A DNA stretch of 64,000 nt, taken from Verrucomicrobiales bacterium (GTDB taxonomy: Bacteria > Verrucomicrobiota > Verrucomicrobiia > Verrucomicrobiales > SLCJ01). Position 1 is the stretch's first letter. Each line of letters begins with the position of its first letter. This document shows positions 58,715-64,000 of the stretch, piece by piece. The DNA lies in the NCBI GenBank assembly GCA_046075565.1, contig JBJTQJ010000021.1, forward strand, positions 36,875 to 100,874. Reading direction: 5' to 3'. The position numbers were made by a program, and so were the translations under genes. Under the pieces are notes generated by a model. The model ran no database searches, was not told the DNA's origin, and saw nothing but the letters and a program-made list of their open reading frames with translations.

Positions 58715-59416
58715 ATGAAAAACAAACTCGCGCTTCTTTTGGCCCTGTCCGGCTTCTCCATGCCGGTCGGTGCGGTGAATTATTTCGACGCCACTGGAGA
58801 CATTGACTCCGGCATCACCACTGGGAACGGCACTCTGGATATCGTGTCCATGGAAGTCACCAACACGCCGAGCGACATCGTCTTCAAATTGACCCTGAAC
58901 GGGAATATCAGCACGACGGACTGGGGAAAATTCATGATTGGCATCTCGACGGGGAACACCTCAAATACCGACACGGGCAATGGCTGGGATCGTCCAATCC
59001 AACTGAATTTGCCCCTTGGCGGGATGGACTACTGGGTTGGGTCATGGGTTGATTCCGGTGGGGGAGCGCAACTGTGGTCTTAAGATGGTGCAAGCTGGAT
59101 CGGTCCCTCGGTGCTTGGAAGCTACAGTTTTGCCGGTGGCACCACCAGCACGATCAATTACACCATCCCGCTCGCCTCCTTAGGGCTGGCGGTAGACGAC
59201 ATCTTCTATTTCGATGCCTACAGCTCCGGCGGTGGCGGAAACGACAGCGCGATCGATACACTGGCCAATCCGAATGTTTCGATCACAGGGTGGGCCGGCC
59301 CCTCCACATCCAATACGGGTACGGGGCTGAATTCCTACACCGTTGTCCCAGAAGCATCACACACGATGCTGATGCTGGTCGGCCTCGCCGCCATCGGCTG
59401 GCGTCGTCGGCGTTGA
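58715..59416 (+). pseudogene. PEP-CTERM sorting-domain surface protein interrupted by in-frame TAA (59081-59083)
   Basis: Signal peptide; QLWS*DGASW continues in frame to VPEASHTMLMLVGLAAIGWRRRR. Confidence 0.85.
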
Positions 59417-59522
59417 TGTCCGGATGGACGTTCAGTCGTCCGTGGATCTATCCCGGCTTCGCTGGTCGATGCGGGGATTTTTTTCGAATGGCCCGCAGCT
59501 TTCCACAGGACCGGTTGACCCC

Positions 59523-61592
59523 ATGCCCGCGAAGATCGCCAAGAGCCCACGCCGGGCGCGCCGCAGACTGTTCATCCTGATGGCGATTTCCCTGCCCCTG
59601 CTGCTGCTGGGGATCGTGGAGTTGGTTTGTCGGCTGAAGGGTTATGGCGGGTATCCGGATTTCCTGCGGAAGGTTGGACCGCTTCCGGGCGGCTCCACCC
59701 TCCGTATTGTCGAACCCACCGCCGCCAAACCCTACTTTTTCGCCAATCCCAATCGACCGGGTTACCCCGATCAGACCCATTTCCTGATACCCAAACCGGC
59801 GGGCACCTACCGGATTTTTCTTCTGGGAGAATCCGCCGCCAAGGGATACCCTCAACCCCGCAATCTGGCCATGGGTTCGTTCTTGCGGGTCATGCTGCAG
59901 GATGTGCTCAAGGACAAGACCGTCGAGGTGATCGATCTTGGCACCACGGCCATCGCCAGTTTCCCGATCCGCTACATGGCGGGAGAGGCTCTGGATCACC
60001 AGGCGGATCTCCTCGTGGTTTACGCCGGCAACAATGAATTCTTCGGATCGTATGGCGTGGCATCCATCAATGGCGCCGGAAAGTTCCCGGCGAGTTATCT
60101 GAAAATGATGCGCGCCGCCCGCGGGCTCGGCCTGGTGCAGGCCCTTGATTCATGGATCTACCGTGGGAATGACGATAGCAAGACCCTGATGGAGCAGATG
60201 ATCGCCCGCACCTTCATTCCGGATGATTCCGCCTTGCGCGCGGCGGCGGCGAAGAAAATCGAAGAAAACCTCACGGACATCGCCAAGCAGGCCCGGGACG
60301 CCGGTGTCCCGATCATCCTGTGCACCACCGCCAGCAACGAAGCCGGCTTGGCTCCCATCGGGGAAGACGACCACGGCGTGAATGGCAAGCCGAACCCCTC
60401 GCCAAACAACACCGACTTCCTGCAAATCGCGGGAAATCTGGAAAAGGATCCCCGCGCCAGCATCAGGGAACTGGAAGAATTCATCGCCCGGCATCCTCTG
60501 CATGCCACGGCTCACTTCCTTCTCGGCCGCCCTCATGCGCTGATTGGCGATCCCGTGGCCGCGCGTCCGCATTTTCTGCGCGCCCGCGACCTTGATTCCA
60601 TGCCATGGCGTCCGACTTCCACCACGGAAGAGGGGATCCGCCGGGCGGCCAGCGGCAGTGGCGCGGTCTTGTGTGGCATTGCCACGATCTTCCGCGACCT
60701 GAGTCCGGAGGGCGCGACCTCCTGGGCCTTGATGGACGATCACGTGCACCTGAGTGTGCGCGGCCAAGTCGAAGCTGCCCGTGCCATCGCCACCGCCATG
60801 GCCGGAACAGAGTCCATTGCCCAGCCTATCGGACTGGCCAAAGAGGCCGTCGGAAAATTGACCGGCTGGGAAATCTACGCCGACCGCCAAGGCCGGAATT
60901 TCTTCGATGACTACCGGGTCAATCATACCATGCGCGTGCTCTTCGGCGTGCCTTTCATGAAGCGGTCGAATCCGGATGCTTTCGCCAGATTCGAACGGTT
61001 GGCTGCGGATGCCGAGGCCAAGGTGGACCCGGAGGTTCTTTCGATGATGCGCGGCTGGCAGTCCGTTGTTCCGCACGCCGGCGGGCAGCGCCCCTTGACC
61101 GCAATGGTCGCGCGCGTTTACCTGCGCCGCAAGGATGCGGTGGAAGCCCTGCGCTACTACCGCATCGCCCAAACACAGGTGCCAGCCTACACGTCCTGGC
61201 ATCTGGAATACAGATACTCGGAATTGGCCTGCCGCCAGATGCTCGAGGGCATCCTTACCGATGAAGAAAAAGAGAACGCCCGCGCCGCCATCGCGGAGGG
61301 AAATTTCCTTCTGGCCCATGGGTTCACGGGCACGGGTCTGGCCCGCCGCCATGTCGGGCCCCTGCACCAGTTGCTGCACGAACATGAACTGGCCATTCCG
61401 CATCTGGAGGCCGCCCGCAAACAATTGTGGGAAGAAGACCTCGTGGCCTGCGACCAAGCCCTGGTGGTCGCCTACGTCGAAACCCGGCAGCATGCGAAGG
61501 CGAGGGCTCTTGCCGAAACCGGCATCCGGGAGAGCGGGAAATTCGCCCCGGCTTATGAACAAATGCTCGATTACGTCCGCCGTTACGAATGA
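59523..61592 (+). CDS. Membrane-anchored SGNH/GDSL-like + TPR protein
   Basis: N-terminal TM, RIFLLGESAA.GYP, YAGNNEF, DHVHL, TPR-like helices. Confidence 0.78.
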   Translation: MPAKIAKSPRRARRRLFILMAISLPLLLLGIVELVCRLKGYGGYPDFLRKVGPLPGGSTLRIVEPTAAKPYFFANPNRPGYPDQTHFLIPKPAGTYRIFLLGESAAKGYPQPRNLAMGSFLRVMLQDVLKDKTVEVIDLGTTAIASFPIRYMAGEALDHQADLLVVYAGNNEFFGSYGVASINGAGKFPASYLKMMRAARGLGLVQALDSWIYRGNDDSKTLMEQMIARTFIPDDSALRAAAAKKIEENLTDIAKQARDAGVPIILCTTASNEAGLAPIGEDDHGVNGKPNPSPNNTDFLQIAGNLEKDPRASIRELEEFIARHPLHATAHFLLGRPHALIGDPVAARPHFLRARDLDSMPWRPTSTTEEGIRRAASGSGAVLCGIATIFRDLSPEGATSWALMDDHVHLSVRGQVEAARAIATAMAGTESIAQPIGLAKEAVGKLTGWEIYADRQGRNFFDDYRVNHTMRVLFGVPFMKRSNPDAFARFERLAADAEAKVDPEVLSMMRGWQSVVPHAGGQRPLTAMVARVYLRRKDAVEALRYYRIAQTQVPAYTSWHLEYRYSELACRQMLEGILTDEEKENARAAIAEGNFLLAHGFTGTGLARRHVGPLHQLLHEHELAIPHLEAARKQLWEEDLVACDQALVVAYVETRQHAKARALAETGIRESGKFAPAYEQMLDYVRRYE

Positions 61593-61609
61593 ACGGCGGC
61601 ATGCCCGCT

Positions 61610-61822
61610 TCAGAACAGACTGTAGATGAATGGCGCGGCACCTGTGCCGCCTGCCAACATGAGCAATCCGAGCAAAAGCAGCACGACCACGATCGGGATG
61701 AGCCACCACTTCTTGTTTTCCCTCAAGAAGTCGAAAAACTCGCGAAGAAACCCGACCTCGCCGCTTTCGGCAAGGGTGTCCAGTTCATCTTTCTTCCCGG
61801 AGATGGGACCGCGTTCGCTCAT
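61610..61822 (-). CDS. DUF5989 (SxtK-like) small membrane protein
   Basis: EFFDFLRENKKWWLIPI...AAPFIYSLF. Confidence 0.88.
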   Translation of the reverse strand: MSERGPISGKKDELDTLAESGEVGFLREFFDFLRENKKWWLIPIVVVLLLLGLLMLAGGTGAAPFIYSLF

Positions 61823-61826
61823 GGGT

Positions 61827-62240
61827 TCAATACTGGCGAAAATATCGGCGGAGAGGGCGAATTGCATCCGGTTTTTTCCACGCTGAGAACCCCGGCGGCG
61901 GAGGCCGGAGGCGCAAAGGATCATGGCCGCGCCAACGGAGGAACCAACCAATGGGAAACACGAGCAGGAAATAGACCGCGCCGAGCAGGAGGTTTTGGAT
62001 CACCCATGCCAAAGGGTAAACCAGCAGGCTCAGAAAAATGAAGACCCAGCGCACCAGGGAAAGAGCCGCGAAGGAACCGATGAAAGACAAAGCCGCCACC
62101 ACCCCGCACCCGACGGGAAAGACAATCCCTGCCTCGCCCCTCCAAATCGCCATACCGCCGACGCCGAGGCAGAACAGCGGCAACCAAAGGCGTCCAAAGG
62201 ATCGCACCTGCACATCGGGGGACTGAAGATTGATTTCCAT
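61827..62240 (-). CDS. SxtJ-family membrane protein
   Basis: RSFG, YFLLVFPIG, GHDPLRL, terminal YFRQY. Confidence 0.82.
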   Translation of the reverse strand: MEINLQSPDVQVRSFGRLWLPLFCLGVGGMAIWRGEAGIVFPVGCGVVAALSFIGSFAALSLVRWVFIFLSLLVYPLAWVIQNLLLGAVYFLLVFPIGWFLRWRGHDPLRLRPPPPGFSAWKKPDAIRPLRRYFRQY

Positions 62241-62245
62241 GATGT

Positions 62246-63860
62246 TCAGTCGGGACGGAATGATTTCAAATAGGCTTCCTTGGCCGCGCCAGCCATCGCC
62301 AGATTGTCCGCTTTTAGGAGCAAACAATCCTCGATCACGAGCGCGTCCATATCGGTATTGAGGAAGCAACGCACCGCGTCGTCCACTCCGGCGACCATCG
62401 GTTCACCGCGGATGTTGAAGCTCGTGTTGACGAGCAGCGGGCAACCGGTGAGGCGGAAAAAACATTCCAGCAGACGCCGGAAGATCCCGGTTCCGGGAGC
62501 CACCGTCTGGAGGCGTGCCGAGTAGTCCACATGGGTGATCGCCGGAAAAGGCGAACGGGTCTCGCGCACGGCGTCGAGCCCGGTGCCGGTGGTCGGGATC
62601 CGCCATTCCTCCCGCACCGGTGCCACCAGCAACATCTAGGGACTCGGGCAATCCGCGGGGATTTCAAACCAGTGCGACGCCTCCTCCTCCAGCACGGCCG
62701 GGGCAAACGGCCGGAAGGATTCCCGGAACTTGATCTTGAGGTTGAGCTGGCGCTGGATCCCGGGGTTGCGGGGATCGGCGAGAATGCTGCGCGCTCCCAA
62801 GGCGCGTGGACCGAACTCCATCCGCCCTTGCACCCATCCCACCACGTGACCGTCCGCGATGTGGTGGCAAACCTCCTCCAACATCGCCGGCTCATCGGAG
62901 TGTTGGTGGAAGGTGACTCCCAATGCGCCGAGCCTCGTCGGCAAAGTCCGGCGGTCAACCGATGGGCCGAGCAAGCCGCCTTTCATTCCATCACCCGATG
63001 GTCTTGGCTCCTCCAGCAGACCATGAGCCACTTGCAAGGCCGCGCCCAATGCGCCCCCGGCATCGCCGGACGCGGGTTGGATCCAGCAGTTGCGGAAAAT
63101 TTTCTCCCTCGCCAGTTTGCCGTTGGCCACGCAGTTCAAGGCCACTCCGCCCGCCAGACAAAGGTTCGGGCAATCGGTTAGGGAACGGGCGTGCCGGACC
63201 ATCCTGAGGACAACATCCTCGGTGATGTTTTGGATCGATGCTGCGATGTCCATTTCCCTCCGGGTAATTTCCGATTCCGGTGCTCGCGGCGGACCTTCGA
63301 GCAAATCATTCATCCGGGCCGACGTCATGGTCAGCCCGCCGATATAGTCGAAGAAACTCTGGTCCATCCAAAGTGAACCATCATCGGCAATTCGCACCAC
63401 CTTGTCCAGCAGACGCGCGGTGAAGCGCGGCTCCCCGAACGGGGCCAGGCCCATCAATTTGTATTCACCCGAGTTCACCCGGAACCCGCAGAAATAGGTC
63501 ATGGCCGAATAGAGCAAACCGAGCGAATGCGGGAAATCCATCTCTGCCAGCGTGACCAGATCATTGCCCCGGCCGTGGTGGATGGCCGCGCTTGTCCACT
63601 CGCCGACCCCGTCGAGGGTCAAGACCGCCGCCTCCTCGAAGGGAGAAGGAAAAAAGCGCTGGCCGCGTGGGCTTCGTGATGATCGGTGAAGAGGATGCGG
63701 CGGTGATACCCGCCCAAAAGTCGCCGGATGTCGCGGGGCAGGAGGAGCTTCTCCCGCAACCAAAGTGGAATGGCTTTCCGGAACGACGCGAATCCTGCCG
63801 GAGCCGACGCGAGATAGGATTCCAACAGGCGCTCGAATTTGCGCAGCGGCTTCTCATAAA
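62246..63860 (-). pseudogene. NodU/CmcH-family carbamoyltransferase, disrupted by an in-frame TAG (62636), a frameshift (about 63652) and an insertion at 63861
   Basis: YEKP..KFER, HHEAHAASAF, TLDGVGE, SGEYKLMGLA, GGVALNC, EFGPRALGARS, KFRESFRPFAP, SP*MLL, HVDYSARLQT, NTSFN. Confidence 0.88.
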
Positions 63861-64000
63861 CCTAGAAAGGAATATGGGATTCTTGCCATAACGGCTCAAA
63901 TCGAGTTGTATCAAGGACATGGAAGTCTCCGCGTCCCTCATTTTGTCTCACCCTGCGGGTGACACAAAAAATGCCCCGCAAGTTCCCGCTGGCAGCTGGC
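63861..64000 (+). mobile_element. Probable left end of an IS1380-family insertion sequence (truncated by window)
   Basis: Abrupt loss of carbamoyltransferase homology; the new sequence begins CCTAGA after AT-rich ATAAA; ORF from ATG 63919 reads MEVSASLILSHPAGD and runs off the window. Confidence 0.45.

Noticed and set aside
61610..63860. Saxitoxin biosynthesis cluster
   Set aside because: Only sxtI/J/K-like genes are present, which are widespread; no sxtA, sxtG or other core genes
1..64000. Many long antisense or overlapping ORFs in the track (e.g. 5828-7207, 8266-9435, 24844-26049, 29433-30719, 51578-52933, 57001-58329, 60150-61709)
   Set aside because: They are shadows of real genes in GC-rich DNA with biased third positions and have no recognisable motifs

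Overview
This is a GC-rich bacterial chromosome segment, most likely Verrucomicrobiota. That assignment is inferred from DUF1549/1553-DUF1501 and planctomycete-type cytochrome genes, a PEP-CTERM protein, an N-terminally extended S11 and archaeal/eukaryotic-type ProRS. Most of the window is core and carbohydrate metabolism: proS, korAB, ffh, coaB, purF, thrB, lpxK, riboflavin synthase, rpmJ-rpsM-rpsK-rpsD, GH95, a sulfatase and a carotenoid CrtD/CruF-like pair. Seven things stand out. (1) Five accessory genes are broken by in-frame stops or frameshifts while the housekeeping genes are intact: GH43, nitroreductase, a PPi-dependent PEP carboxykinase, the PEP-CTERM gene and a carbamoyltransferase. 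(2) There is an unusually diverse set of intergenic palindromic repeats: several REP/REPIN-like families plus a 10-nt-periodic inverted-repeat family, with no cognate transposase in the window. (3) A fossil cassette holds a type IIG R-M C-terminal remnant plus a zeta-like ATPase/small-protein pair next to one of these repeats. (4) A mycobacterial-like UbiA-DprE1-DprE2 arabinofuranose-donor operon is present. (5) A carbamoyltransferase-SxtJ-DUF5989-SGNH/TPR cluster is apparently interrupted by an IS1380-like element at the right edge. (6) There are candidate sigma54 promoters, but the NtrC-like regulator lacks GAFTGA. (7) Several genes appear to have leaderless promoters. No rRNA, tRNA or CRISPR array was seen. 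All family assignments come from motif recognition by eye, not database searches.
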